Below, piece after piece: positions 27,777 through 37,668 of a DNA stretch of 64,000 nt; the stretch's first letter is position 1; each line of letters opens with the position of its first letter. This DNA is from a candidate division WOR-3 bacterium (GTDB lineage Bacteria > Hydrothermota > Tepidihabitantia > Tepidihabitantales > Tepidihabitantaceae): NCBI GenBank assembly GCA_965649225.1, contig CBFGJX010000012.1:9119-73118 (forward strand), written 5' to 3'. The translations under genes were made by a program, and so were the position numbers. The notes beneath the pieces are model-generated. The model was not told the DNA's origin, did no database searches, and saw only the letters and a list, made by a program, of their open reading frames with translations.

Positions 27777-30122
27777 ATGAATCGTACCGACGAGCACACG
27801 CTTGACGTGCTCGATTACCGGCGGCTGCGCGAATTGCTGGCCGGCTACTGCGTGACGCCGATGGGGCGTGAGCGGATGCTCGGGTTACTGCCGTTTGATT
27901 CGGCCACCGCAGTTGAGGCTGAGTTTGACCGCCTGGAAGAGGTGATGGCTTTGCCGGAAGAACCGGCACTCGGCGCGGTTGCCGATGTGCGCCACCTCTG
28001 CCCACAACTGCGGGCCGGGGCAACACTCGGCGGGCGGGAGCTGGCAGTTATCCGGCAGGCACTGGTCGGCGCAATTGAATGTCGCGCTTTTCTCGAGCGA
28101 AACGGCAGCAGGCTGCGTCACCTGCGGGCGCTGTCGGCAAGACTGGCGGTTCGGCCCGAACTGGTGCGGGCAATCGAGACGGCAGTCGACGATTCGGGTT
28201 CGGTGCTGGATACGGCGAGTGTCCGGCTGAATCAGCTGCGGGCTGAATCCCGGCGATACCGTGACTTGATTGTCGGGCGGCTGGAAGCGCTGATGGAGCG
28301 GCACCCGGATTGGTTCAACGGTTCAGTTACAGTCCGGGGCGAACGCTTTGTCGTTCCGCTGCTGCTGGAACGGCGGCAGAACCTGCCTGGTGTTGTTCAC
28401 GCCAGTTCGGGCAGCGGGCAGACACTGTTTGTTGAACCACTCGAGGCTGTTGCTTTGGGCAATGAACTGGCCGAGCTGCGCGATGCCGAGACAGAGGAGG
28501 TGGCCCGGATACTGCGGGATTTGTCGTCCCGGGCAGCGGCGGCGCGGGTCGAACTGGAAGAGACGATGGCGGCGGTGGCTGAACTGGATTGTTTGTTTGC
28601 CCGCCGGCGGTTTGCCCAACGGCAGGGGTGTATCCGGCCGTTGATTGACCCCGACCGCGGTGTTGAGATCGTCAATGGCCGTCATCCGCTGCTGGTACGG
28701 CGCGGGATTGAGGTTGTCCCGCTCTCACTCCGGATCGAACCGGACAAACGGGTCCTGCTCGTTTCCGGTCCCAACGCCGGGGGCAAGACCGTTGTGCTCA
28801 AGACCGTCGGGCTCTTTGCGCTGATGACTGCCAGCGGAATTCCGATACCGGCCGGCGAGGGCACCCGGCTGCCGTTTTTCAAACGGGTTTTTGCCGATAT
28901 CGGTGATGAACAGTCGCTGGATGACAATCTGTCTTCGTTTACTGCCCACTTGCGCCGGCTGGCGGAGACGCTGGCCAGTGCTGATGCCGACTGTCTGGTG
29001 CTGGCCGACGAGATTGGTGCGTCGACCTCGCCGGAGGAAGGAGCAGCGTTGGCACTGGCGGTGCTTGAGGAGTTACGTGACCGGGGAGTGCTAACCCTTG
29101 CCACCACGCACTACGGTACGTTGAAATTGCTCGTGCAGAACGAGCCAGGAATGCTCAACGCGGCGATGGAGTACCGTAACGGGCCCACCTATCGGTTGAA
29201 GGTGGGCTATCCCGGTGACTCGGCCGCACTGGACACAGCGGCGGCAGCCGGTGTGCCCAACAGTGTCGTGATGCGGGCTCGTGAGCGGCTTGGCCGGCAA
29301 TGGCAGGATTTTGAAGCGAAGCTGCGAGCGTTGGACGAAGAACTGGCGGCAGCGCAGGCGCTGCGCCGCAGAGCCGAACTGGCGGTACAACAGGCCGAGA
29401 GTGAAAAGCAGGCAGCCATGGCGCGCATCAATGCCCAGCGTGCCGAACTGGAATCGGCGCGACAACAGTTGCGCCGTGAGGAAGAGTACTGGCTCAGGGA
29501 GCGGCGTCGTGAAATCGAGAATCTGGTGCGCGAGATTCGGCTGAATCGCGCCGACCATCGCAGCGTTGTCGCAGCCAAACAGGCCGTGAGCGACAGCCTG
29601 ACTGAACTCGCAGCGGCACCCAGTGAGCCAGCCGCGACCGATAAGATTCCAGTTCCAGTGGTTGGTGATACAGTCGAATCCGCGACTTTCCGACGGCAGG
29701 GGCAGCTGGTGGCATCTGACGGCGAGCGGGCTACCGTCGCGTTCGGCAACATCCGGATTGAGGTCGCCATCAGTGATCTGCAACGGGTTGAACCGGCACG
29801 GCCGGTACCAGCATCGCCGCAACCGCCGGTTGAGTTTGAGTTTCAGCCCCGGCTGTCCCTCATCGGGATGACGAGCGCTGAGGCCGAAGCAGCCCTGGGA
29901 CGTTTCCTTGACGATGCGGCGCTGGCCGGGTGTCGCGAACTGGAGATAGTTCATGGTCGTGGTAGCGGAGTACTACGGCGTACCGTCTGGCGTTGTCTGC
30001 GCAATGACAGCCGGGTACAGACATTGCAGTTCGCCGAGCCGGGCCGGGGCGGTGACGGGGTTTCGCTTGTCGTGCTGAAGGATGAAGCAGCACCGGCGAG
30101 CGGAAAATCGGCAGCGGGGTAA
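27777..30122 (+). CDS. mutS2: Endonuclease MutS2
   Basis: SGSGQTLFVEP, SGPNAGGKT, DIGDEQS, DEIG, TTHY, C-terminal Smr domain (IVHGRGSGVL). Confidence 0.94.
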   Translation: MNRTDEHTLDVLDYRRLRELLAGYCVTPMGRERMLGLLPFDSATAVEAEFDRLEEVMALPEEPALGAVADVRHLCPQLRAGATLGGRELAVIRQALVGAIECRAFLERNGSRLRHLRALSARLAVRPELVRAIETAVDDSGSVLDTASVRLNQLRAESRRYRDLIVGRLEALMERHPDWFNGSVTVRGERFVVPLLLERRQNLPGVVHASSGSGQTLFVEPLEAVALGNELAELRDAETEEVARILRDLSSRAAAARVELEETMAAVAELDCLFARRRFAQRQGCIRPLIDPDRGVEIVNGRHPLLVRRGIEVVPLSLRIEPDKRVLLVSGPNAGGKTVVLKTVGLFALMTASGIPIPAGEGTRLPFFKRVFADIGDEQSLDDNLSSFTAHLRRLAETLASADADCLVLADEIGASTSPEEGAALALAVLEELRDRGVLTLATTHYGTLKLLVQNEPGMLNAAMEYRNGPTYRLKVGYPGDSAALDTAAAAGVPNSVVMRARERLGRQWQDFEAKLRALDEELAAAQALRRRAELAVQQAESEKQAAMARINAQRAELESARQQLRREEEYWLRERRREIENLVREIRLNRADHRSVVAAKQAVSDSLTELAAAPSEPAATDKIPVPVVGDTVESATFRRQGQLVASDGERATVAFGNIRIEVAISDLQRVEPARPVPASPQPPVEFEFQPRLSLIGMTSAEAEAALGRFLDDAALAGCRELEIVHGRGSGVLRRTVWRCLRNDSRVQTLQFAEPGRGGDGVSLVVLKDEAAPASGKSAAG

Positions 30123-30127
30123 CACTG

Positions 30128-31789
30128 ATGATCAGTCGAGAGCTGATTGAAGATATTCGTACCCGCACTGATATCGTTGAGCTTATCGGCAGCTACGTGC
30201 CGCTGAAGCGGGCCGGCCGCAGTTTTCGCGGGTTGTGTCCGTTTCATCCCGACCGGACGCCGTCGTTTTTTGTCAGCCCGGAACGGCAGTCCTACCATTG
30301 TTTCGGCTGTGGGGCGGGGGGAACCGCAATCAGCTTCCTGATGGCAATTGAGAAACTGGAGTTCCCCGACGCGGTCCGGGAGCTGGGGCGCCGACTGGGT
30401 ATTGAGGTTCGGGCAGAGTCCGGTTCGGGCCGCAATCAGGCGCTCTATGATGCTTGTGAACTGGCAGCGGCTTTTTTCGAGGCCCAGCTGCAGCGGTCAC
30501 GAGCAGCACTGGATTATCTTCAGCGGCGCGGGATCGGTCAGGCGACAAGGCAGCGTTTTCGGCTTGGCTTCGCCCCGGCAGGGAACATGCTGCGGGCTGA
30601 GGCCCGGCGCCGGGGTGTCGCCGAGGATGTAATGATTGGCGCCGGACTGCTGGCACGTCGTGACACCGGCACGGGCGACTATTTTTTCAACCGGCTGATG
30701 TTTCCGATCTTCTCGTTGTCGGGCCGGGTGATTGCATTCGGGGGGCGGGTGCTGGACGACAGCGAACCCAAGTACCTCAACTCGCCCGAGACGCCGGTGT
30801 ACCGCAAAGGGGCAATGCTGTATGGGCTGTATCAGGCCCGGGCGTATCTGCGTGAGGGTTTGCCGATACTGGTCGAAGGCAACTTCGACTTGCTCAGTCT
30901 GGTCGAGAACGGCATCAACAACGTCGTGGCACCGTTGGGCACGGCCCTGACGCCGGACCAGGCCGCACTGCTGCGTCGTTACAACTCCCGGGTGCTGTTG
31001 CTGTTCGACGGTGACAGTGCCGGTCGCGCAGCATGCCGGCGTTCGATTGATCCGCTGCTGCGGGCCGATATCGAACCACTGGTCGTGCAGTTGCCTGACG
31101 GCGAAGACCCCGATTCGTTTGTGCGGCGCCGCGGCCGGCCGGCGTTGACGGCTCTGCTTGAGCGGCCACAGGACTTTGTTGTTTTCGTTGCTGCCGGTCG
31201 GCATCACGGCGTCCTAAATGAACAGCGCCAGGCGGTGCGGGAGCTGGCCGAGCTGATCCGGGGTGTCCCGGACGAGGCAACACGCCAGATCTATGCCAAC
31301 CGGGTTGCGGCGGTTTTTGACATTGATCGCCATGCTGTACTGGCTGATGGTTCGCGAACGCCCCGGGCTGCAGTGCGTCAGCAAACCAATGTTATTGATC
31401 CGGCTGAACGGTTGGTGGCAGCGGCGGTTCGTTCGGCTGAACTGGCCCGGATCGCCGACGAGTTAGGCCTGGCGGAGACAATTGTTGATCCGGCGTTGAA
31501 GATTTTGACAGAGACAGCTGCGCGTAACGCTCGTTACCCGGGTTACAGCGCGGCGACGGTGATGGATGAGATCGCCGACGATACGCTGCGCCGGCGGGTG
31601 GCGCAGTGGACTTTTGACGAATCAGCTCTACCGAGTGCCGAGGAGTATCGAGCCAGGATTCAGCGGCGCCGAGCGAAGTGGCTGCAGGAGCTTATTGCTC
31701 GGGCTCAGCGTGAAAATGATGAAGCAACGGTAGAGCGACTGGTAAGCGAACGGCAGCGGCTTTTGCAGACGGTTGCGCGAAAGGAGTGA
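30128..31789 (+). CDS. dnaG: DNA primase
   Basis: CPFH...CFGC zinc finger, KYLNSPET, TOPRIM EGNFD / FDGDSAG / DPD. Confidence 0.96.
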   Translation: MISRELIEDIRTRTDIVELIGSYVPLKRAGRSFRGLCPFHPDRTPSFFVSPERQSYHCFGCGAGGTAISFLMAIEKLEFPDAVRELGRRLGIEVRAESGSGRNQALYDACELAAAFFEAQLQRSRAALDYLQRRGIGQATRQRFRLGFAPAGNMLRAEARRRGVAEDVMIGAGLLARRDTGTGDYFFNRLMFPIFSLSGRVIAFGGRVLDDSEPKYLNSPETPVYRKGAMLYGLYQARAYLREGLPILVEGNFDLLSLVENGINNVVAPLGTALTPDQAALLRRYNSRVLLLFDGDSAGRAACRRSIDPLLRADIEPLVVQLPDGEDPDSFVRRRGRPALTALLERPQDFVVFVAAGRHHGVLNEQRQAVRELAELIRGVPDEATRQIYANRVAAVFDIDRHAVLADGSRTPRAAVRQQTNVIDPAERLVAAAVRSAELARIADELGLAETIVDPALKILTETAARNARYPGYSAATVMDEIADDTLRRRVAQWTFDESALPSAEEYRARIQRRRAKWLQELIARAQRENDEATVERLVSERQRLLQTVARKE

Positions 31790-31795
31790 CCGTAG

Positions 31796-33586
31796 ATGGC
31801 CATGAGCGGTAAACGACAGCAAGGCAAGAGAGCACGGCAAAAGACCGGCAGCGGTATTTCTGCCAAACGGCTGACAGGCGACGTCGTGACTGATGAAACT
31901 CAGCGCGGCGAAGTGGAGTTGCCGATTTCCGGAGAGGCAGAGCCGGAAGAAGAACTGCTCGCCCCGCGTCGACGCGGCCGGCCAAAGGGGTCGCGCAAGC
32001 GTGCAGAGTGGCAGGTGAAAATCTATCAGCGAGCGGCCGGCAAGAAGCGTATAAGTTATGAGGAGCTGGAAGATCTGGTGCCGGATGAGGTACTGCTGTC
32101 GCCCAGCCGGCTGGAGGAGTTTGTTGCCGAACTGGCACGCAACGGTATACGAATGACCGACTCCCGGGAAGAGGAAGCCGCCCAGACCTCACTGCAACGG
32201 GGGCCGAAGCCGGTAATCCAGCGGACCGAAGATCCGACAAAGTCATATTTTCGAGAGTTGTCAAAACTGCCGCTGTTGACCCGGGATGAGGAAATTCACT
32301 ATTCGCGCGAGATGGAAGAGGGCTATCGCAGCATTATACGTTTTCTGTTCGACCCGGTACCGATGATGCGTCGTCTTGTTGATGAGTGCCGTTCGGTCGA
32401 GGAAGGCACGCGATCGTTGGACCAGATTGCCCGGGTCGAGTTTGAGTGTCTGTTCGACAAGAAAGCCCTCTGGCGTGACCGGCAGCGTTTCGTCCGCTAC
32501 CTGCACGAGATTGCCCGGGCGGCGGATCAAATTGCCGCAATCGAAAGCCGCAAGATGACCGCCGCCGGTCAACGTCGTGCCGCCGAACTGCGCAAGCGCG
32601 TGTTCAGCCGGGTGCAGGCACTGTCGCTGCAACATCATCTGATCAACAATTTCATCGGCCTTTTCAAGGCCCGCGGGCAGGAGGCAATCGAGCTTTCCGA
32701 GCGGATTGCCCGTTTGCGTGCCGAGGGGCGGGACAACGATGAGGAAATGACGGCGCTTCGCAAACGGTTGCGTGAGTGTCACGAGTTCCTGGGGCGCAAT
32801 ACCGCAGAAATCCGGAAGATTCTGGCCGAAATGTCGGCCTGCGAGAATCGGATACTGGCAGCGCGTGACAAAATGATTGAGGGTAACGTCCGGCTGGTGA
32901 TCTCAATCGCCAAGCGCTACGCCAACCGTGGTCTGGAGTTCGCCGACCTTCTGGAAGAGGGCAATGTCGGCTTGATCAAGGCGGTTGAGAAGTTCAACTA
33001 CCGCAAAGGATTCAAGTTCTCCACCTATGCTACCTGGTGGATCAAGCAGGCAATTACGCGGGCAATTGCCGATCAGTCGCGAACGGTACGCGTGCCGGCG
33101 CACATCATCGATGCGATCAACAAAGTCGCCAAACTCCAGCGGAAGTTCATGCAGCTCTACGGCCGCGAGGCGACGACCGCTGAGCTGGCTCAGCGACTTT
33201 CGACCCCGAAAGAGAAGATCGAAGCGTTGACCAAAATCTCCCAGTTCGGTGTATCGCTCGACAAGCCGGTGGATGATGATGAGACGAGCTTCATCGGCGA
33301 TTTCATCTACGACGAGAAGACCGCTTCGCCATCGCATGCCGCCGGGGTTTCCCTGCTGGCTGAGAAACTGGAGGAAGCCCTCAGCGGACTGACGCGGCGC
33401 GAAGAGAAGGTGTTGCGGCTTCGGTTCGGTCTCGGAGATGGTTGCCCGCGGACACTGGAGGAGGTCGGTCAGATATTCAACATCACCCGGGAGCGGGTCC
33501 GCCAGATTGAGGCCAAGGCGCTGAAGAAGCTGCGTCATCCGGTACGGCTGCGGCGCTTTGAACCGTTGCGGGAACTGCTGCAGTGA
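31796..33586 (+). CDS. rpoD: Primary sigma factor (RpoD/SigA)
   Basis: Region 1.2 [57 protein letters not shown]; follows dnaG. Confidence 0.96.
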   Translation: MAMSGKRQQGKRARQKTGSGISAKRLTGDVVTDETQRGEVELPISGEAEPEEELLAPRRRGRPKGSRKRAEWQVKIYQRAAGKKRISYEELEDLVPDEVLLSPSRLEEFVAELARNGIRMTDSREEEAAQTSLQRGPKPVIQRTEDPTKSYFRELSKLPLLTRDEEIHYSREMEEGYRSIIRFLFDPVPMMRRLVDECRSVEEGTRSLDQIARVEFECLFDKKALWRDRQRFVRYLHEIARAADQIAAIESRKMTAAGQRRAAELRKRVFSRVQALSLQHHLINNFIGLFKARGQEAIELSERIARLRAEGRDNDEEMTALRKRLRECHEFLGRNTAEIRKILAEMSACENRILAARDKMIEGNVRLVISIAKRYANRGLEFADLLEEGNVGLIKAVEKFNYRKGFKFSTYATWWIKQAITRAIADQSRTVRVPAHIIDAINKVAKLQRKFMQLYGREATTAELAQRLSTPKEKIEALTKISQFGVSLDKPVDDDETSFIGDFIYDEKTASPSHAAGVSLLAEKLEEALSGLTRREEKVLRLRFGLGDGCPRTLEEVGQIFNITRERVRQIEAKALKKLRHPVRLRRFEPLRELLQ

Positions 33587-34056
33587 CCCGTATCGGCATC
33601 ATTTCCGACACGCACGATAACATCGTCAACACCCGGCGAGCAGTTGATTGTTTCAATTCTCTGAAACCGGATCGGGTGGTTCATCTGGGCGATATCGTTG
33701 CTCGTTTCACGCTGGCGGAACTGCGCCGACTGCAGGCGCCGGTCTGGGTTCTGCTGGGGAACTGCGATGGCGACCGCGCCAGTTTGATTGAACTGGGACG
33801 CGAGTCCGGGTTCCAGGTCGAGACGGGACCGATTGAATTTGTCGTCGGGGGGCGAAGAATCTGGGCAGCTCATCTGCCGCCGCAGGTGCAGCCTGATTGT
33901 GATATCATTCTCCACGGTCACACTCACCATCGTTGCTGCGAGGGTGGGCCGCCGCTGGTTGTCAACCCCGGTGAAGCATGTGGCTGGTTGACCGGGTGCG
34001 CCACCTGCGCAGTATTGGAAGTCGAGACCGGCAACGTCACTTTTTTCGACCTCTGA
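33583..34056 (+). CDS. YfcE/MJ0936-family metallophosphoesterase
   Basis: SDTH, HLGD, GNCD, HGHTH, NPG. Confidence 0.9.
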   Translation: MTRIGIISDTHDNIVNTRRAVDCFNSLKPDRVVHLGDIVARFTLAELRRLQAPVWVLLGNCDGDRASLIELGRESGFQVETGPIEFVVGGRRIWAAHLPPQVQPDCDIILHGHTHHRCCEGGPPLVVNPGEACGWLTGCATCAVLEVETGNVTFFDL

Positions 34057-34059
34057 TTC

Positions 34060-34878
34060 GTGGGCAAGGGCAACAGGCGAAGGTATCCGGATGCCACTGG
34101 TCAGCAGCGGCCGACCATGCGACAAGAACCGGAGTCTCACCGGCAAATTCACGGGCGATTGATGGTGCCGGACGGTAGCGCTGATTCAGCAACGAACCAG
34201 CTCGAGCCGGGGTTGTACGTAGTGTCAACCCCGATTGGCAATCTGGGTGATATAACCGAGAGAGCTCGATTGGTGCTGGCTGAAGTTGACCTTGTTGCCT
34301 GTGAGGATACACGGCGGACAGGGTTGCTGCTGGCCCGGTTAGGCATCAGGCAGAAGCTGGTGTCGTATCATGAGAACAACAAGCTGAGCCGTACGCCGGA
34401 ACTGCTGGAACGGCTGGCCGGAGGCAGCAGAATCGCGCTGGCCAGCGACGCCGGGACACCGGGAATTTCCGACCCGGGTTGGTATCTGATTCGCTCGGCA
34501 ATTGAGGCCGGTGTGAGGGTGATACCGATACCGGGAGCTTCCGCACTGCTTGCGGCGGTGGTGGTATCCGGCTTGCCATCCGACCGGTTTGCCTTCGAAG
34601 GTTTTCTCCCCAAGCGGGCGGGCCGCCGTCGTCGTCGGCTGGAGGCGTTGGCCAGCGAGGAAAGGACAATGGTCTTCTGCGAGTCAGCACGGCGGACGCG
34701 ACAACTGCTGTCGGAAATGCTGGCGCTATGGGGTGACCGGCAGGCGGCGGTTTGTCGCGAGTTGACCAAGCGGTTCGAGGAAGTACGACGCGGCCGCTTG
34801 AGTGAGCTGGCCGACGAACTGGCCCGGCGGGAACCGCGCGGTGAGATAGTAGTGGTGGTGGCGGGCAATGAAGGATAG
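34060..34878 (+). CDS. rsmI: 16S rRNA C1402 2'-O-methyltransferase (start may be later, e.g. 34162)
   Basis: LYVVSTPIGNLGDIT, CEDTR, SDAGTPGISDPG, RELTKRFEE. Confidence 0.94.
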   Translation: MGKGNRRRYPDATGQQRPTMRQEPESHRQIHGRLMVPDGSADSATNQLEPGLYVVSTPIGNLGDITERARLVLAEVDLVACEDTRRTGLLLARLGIRQKLVSYHENNKLSRTPELLERLAGGSRIALASDAGTPGISDPGWYLIRSAIEAGVRVIPIPGASALLAAVVVSGLPSDRFAFEGFLPKRAGRRRRRLEALASEERTMVFCESARRTRQLLSEMLALWGDRQAAVCRELTKRFEEVRRGRLSELADELARREPRGEIVVVVAGNEG

Positions 34879-35452
34879 TCTGAAAAGCACCGGGCGCCGA
34901 CTGCTGGTGCCGATGGTGAAACTGCTGATTTTCATCGGGATTCATCCACTTGCCGTTACGCTTGCTGGACTGCCGTTGTCGCTCGGGGCCGGTTGGCTGT
35001 TTGCCAGCGGACGTTTTCGGCTGGGAGGCGTGTTACTAGCTCTAGTCGGGCTATGTGACAGTTTGGACGGAGAGCTGTCACGCCGTACCGGCAAAGCGTC
35101 GTTGCTGGGAGCATTGATTGATTCGACGGTTGACCGGCTGAGCGAGGCGATCATTCTGGTTGGCATCGGATGGCACTTCGTTGCTGTTCGTCCAGCAGTA
35201 ACTCTGCTTGCCGCAGTTGCACTGACAGGTTCCTTTCTGGTCAGCTATGTCCGGGCGAGGGCTGAAGGGCTGGGCTGGCAGTGTTCCATCGGCTGGTTTG
35301 AGCGGCCGGTGCGGGTTGCGGTGCTGCTGGCTGGTGCACTTGTCGGTCAACCGTGGAGCATCATCTTGGCGCTGTGGGCAGTTACGGTTGGCAGTCTGAT
35401 TACCGTGGTGCAACGACTGGCGATTACGGTCCGACAAAGCAGGCAGAGTTGA
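34868..35452 (+). CDS. CDP-alcohol phosphatidyltransferase (phosphatidylinositol-phosphate synthase-like)
   Basis: DSLDGELSR...GALIDSTVDR signature; SYVRARAEGLG...GWFER. Confidence 0.85.
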   Translation: MKDSLKSTGRRLLVPMVKLLIFIGIHPLAVTLAGLPLSLGAGWLFASGRFRLGGVLLALVGLCDSLDGELSRRTGKASLLGALIDSTVDRLSEAIILVGIGWHFVAVRPAVTLLAAVALTGSFLVSYVRARAEGLGWQCSIGWFERPVRVAVLLAGALVGQPWSIILALWAVTVGSLITVVQRLAITVRQSRQS

Positions 35453-36768
35453 GCCAGCGCGTTCTATTGATTGGTACTGCCCGTTCCAATCGGTTGCGCT
35501 GGAGTCGGGCTGATTCCCTGCGTGAGCTTGAGGCACTGGTTGCCAGCGCCGGAGGTGTTGCAGTCGGCCAGCTGATTCAGGTTCGTTCCCGTCCCGACCC
35601 GGCTACTCTTGTCGGACGTGGACTGGTGAAAACCTTGGCTACCCAGCTTCGAGCCCAGCGGGTCGAGCTGGTCGTATTTGACGATGAGCTCAGCCCGACG
35701 CAGCAACGCAATCTCGAAGATGAACTTGGGGTCAGGGTGATAGACCGGGCTGCGGTTATCCTCGACATTTTCGCGCTCCACGCGCGCACCGCCGAGGCCA
35801 AGATTCAGGTTGAGCTGGCTCAGCTTGAATACCGACGCAGCCGGCTGGTCGGGCTGGGAGGCGAACTATCGCGGTTGGGCGGGGGTATCGGCACCCGCGG
35901 TCCCGGCGAGACCAAGTTGGAGGTCGATCGGCGCCGGATTATTGAACGCATTGCCGTCCTGCGTCGCAGTCTGGCAAGGGTTGAGCGTGAACGACAGACA
36001 CAGCGGGAAAGGCGCACGAGCCAATACCGGGTTGTGCTGGTGGGGTACACCAGCGCCGGTAAGTCGACATTGCTGAAGGCGTTGACTGGCGCTGCCGTTC
36101 GGGTGTCGGAAAGCCTGTTTTCCACTCTGGATGCCAGCACGCGAACGCTGAAGCTGACACCGCGAATCAAGGTGCTCTTGACCGACACCGTCGGGTTTAT
36201 CCGTGACCTGCCGCCCCAGCTGGTTGCGTCATTCCGTTCGACCCTCGCCGAGGTGCGGGATGCCAATCTAATCCTTCATGTAGTCGATGCATCGGATGAG
36301 CAGCTCGACCGGCGCATCGATTCGGTGAATGACACCCTGGAGCAGATCGGTGCAGCGGGGCGTGATGTGTTGATGGTGTTCACCAAGTCGGACCGTCTGG
36401 TTGACCCGGCAGCTGGCGGTCGGCTGGAACGTTTCTGGCCGGGGGCGCTTCTGGTTTCCGGGCGCACCGGTGCCGGGCTTGACCGGTTGCGCGCTGAGAT
36501 TACCGAGCGGGTACGGCGGACAATGGTGACCCGGCGTTTTCAAATGCCACTTGGCCGCGGGGATGTCGTTAGTATTCTGCGCCGGGCGGGGGAAGTGAAT
36601 TCCGAAACCGTGATGGGTGACTGTCTCGTCGTTGACGTGACCGGGTTCCAGGCGGATCTGGCACGGGCAGAAAAGGAAATCGGTCGCCGACTAGCCAGTC
36701 TGAGCGGTCGAGGCAGAGCCGAGAACAGCCTCGACGAAACGGTCTTCGGGCAGAGCTCCTTCAAATGA
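35449..36768 (+). CDS. hflX: GTPase HflX
   Basis: LSPTQQRNLE, ILDIFA.HA, QVELAQL, GIGTRGPGETKLE, GYTSAGKS, DTVGFI; TTG start overlapping the upstream stop. Confidence 0.94.
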   Translation: MSQRVLLIGTARSNRLRWSRADSLRELEALVASAGGVAVGQLIQVRSRPDPATLVGRGLVKTLATQLRAQRVELVVFDDELSPTQQRNLEDELGVRVIDRAAVILDIFALHARTAEAKIQVELAQLEYRRSRLVGLGGELSRLGGGIGTRGPGETKLEVDRRRIIERIAVLRRSLARVERERQTQRERRTSQYRVVLVGYTSAGKSTLLKALTGAAVRVSESLFSTLDASTRTLKLTPRIKVLLTDTVGFIRDLPPQLVASFRSTLAEVRDANLILHVVDASDEQLDRRIDSVNDTLEQIGAAGRDVLMVFTKSDRLVDPAAGGRLERFWPGALLVSGRTGAGLDRLRAEITERVRRTMVTRRFQMPLGRGDVVSILRRAGEVNSETVMGDCLVVDVTGFQADLARAEKEIGRRLASLSGRGRAENSLDETVFGQSSFK

Positions 36769-37347
36769 CCGGCTGCGATTGATAACCACTTTGGGTACAG
36801 CCATCACGTCATAGAGGTTGGCCAGCTGGGGAAACTCGGCGGCATCGATTACTGACAGACGAATGTTTTCCCGTTCAACTGCCAGCCGCGCCCCAAGGGT
36901 TACTGCCAGAGGGCAGACCGGGCAGGTGAGAGTGACAAACACTTGGATATCAAGTGGTTCGGAGACAGCCGCGAGACGCTGGCGCGTTTCGGGTTTCAGA
37001 CCACTGTTTCCGGCGGCACAGATTTCCATGACATTTATCAGCGAGGTGAACTCATAGCCGGCGGGGATGCCGTAGAAACGGATGCCAAAGTCGGCCGGGC
37101 CAACGACGGCAATTGCCGGAACCTTGTCAATACCCCAAGCGGTCGACAGCTCGGGCTCGGTGAGGTGGTTATGAATTTCAACGGTTACTTTGTCCGACAA
37201 AGCCGCGAGCTCTTCTGCCAGCTGGCGGTTTTCACGGCAAAAAGCACATTCCATTTCCTGGGTGAAGACGATGAGCTTCACCGGTGAGGGGAGGTTGGCA
37301 AGCCTTGCCCGAGTAGTGGCGGCGACTGTCGGGGAGATCAGTGTCAT
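36691..37347 (-). CDS. Protein disulfide oxidoreductase (two thioredoxin folds, AhpF-NTD/PDO type)
   Basis: CAFC and CPVC motifs, IRFYGIPAGYEFTSL, VMAVPK. Confidence 0.9.
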   Translation of the reverse strand: MTLISPTVAATTRARLANLPSPVKLIVFTQEMECAFCRENRQLAEELAALSDKVTVEIHNHLTEPELSTAWGIDKVPAIAVVGPADFGIRFYGIPAGYEFTSLINVMEICAAGNSGLKPETRQRLAAVSEPLDIQVFVTLTCPVCPLAVTLGARLAVERENIRLSVIDAAEFPQLANLYDVMAVPKVVINRSRSFEGALPEDRFVEAVLGSASTAQTG

Positions 37348-37419
37348 GACCGAAGTGCCGCGCGGGACATCGGTGTAATCACGAGGCCCCGCGCGGCAGT
37401 CATTAGTTAATCCGGTCGG

Positions 37420-37608
37420 TCAGTTCTCGACCTTTATGGCGCTGGATGGGCAGTCTTCAGCAGCCTGCTGAACACATTCCTCGGCGCCTTCAGGGATGAT
37501 CTCGACTTTGACAGTGGCAACGTCGCCGTCCATCTCAAAAATATCGGGACACGAGCCAACACACAGTTCGCAGCCGGTGCAGAGTTCGCGGTCGACAGAC
37601 GCTTTCAT
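37420..37608 (-). CDS. Ferredoxin (single [4Fe-4S] cluster)
   Basis: CTGCELC...CP and distal CPSSAI; GGAGG SD. Confidence 0.92.
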   Translation of the reverse strand: MKASVDRELCTGCELCVGSCPDIFEMDGDVATVKVEIIPEGAEECVQQAAEDCPSSAIKVEN

Positions 37609-37668
37609 GGCTTACCTCCGTAATAACGTTCTTTTCGAAAACGTACAGCTGTATCTGCTGTGGCATTT

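Noticed and set aside
36691..36768. 78-bp convergent overlap of hflX and the disulfide oxidoreductase gene
   Set aside because: Involves only low-information C-terminal tails; common in compact GC-rich genomes
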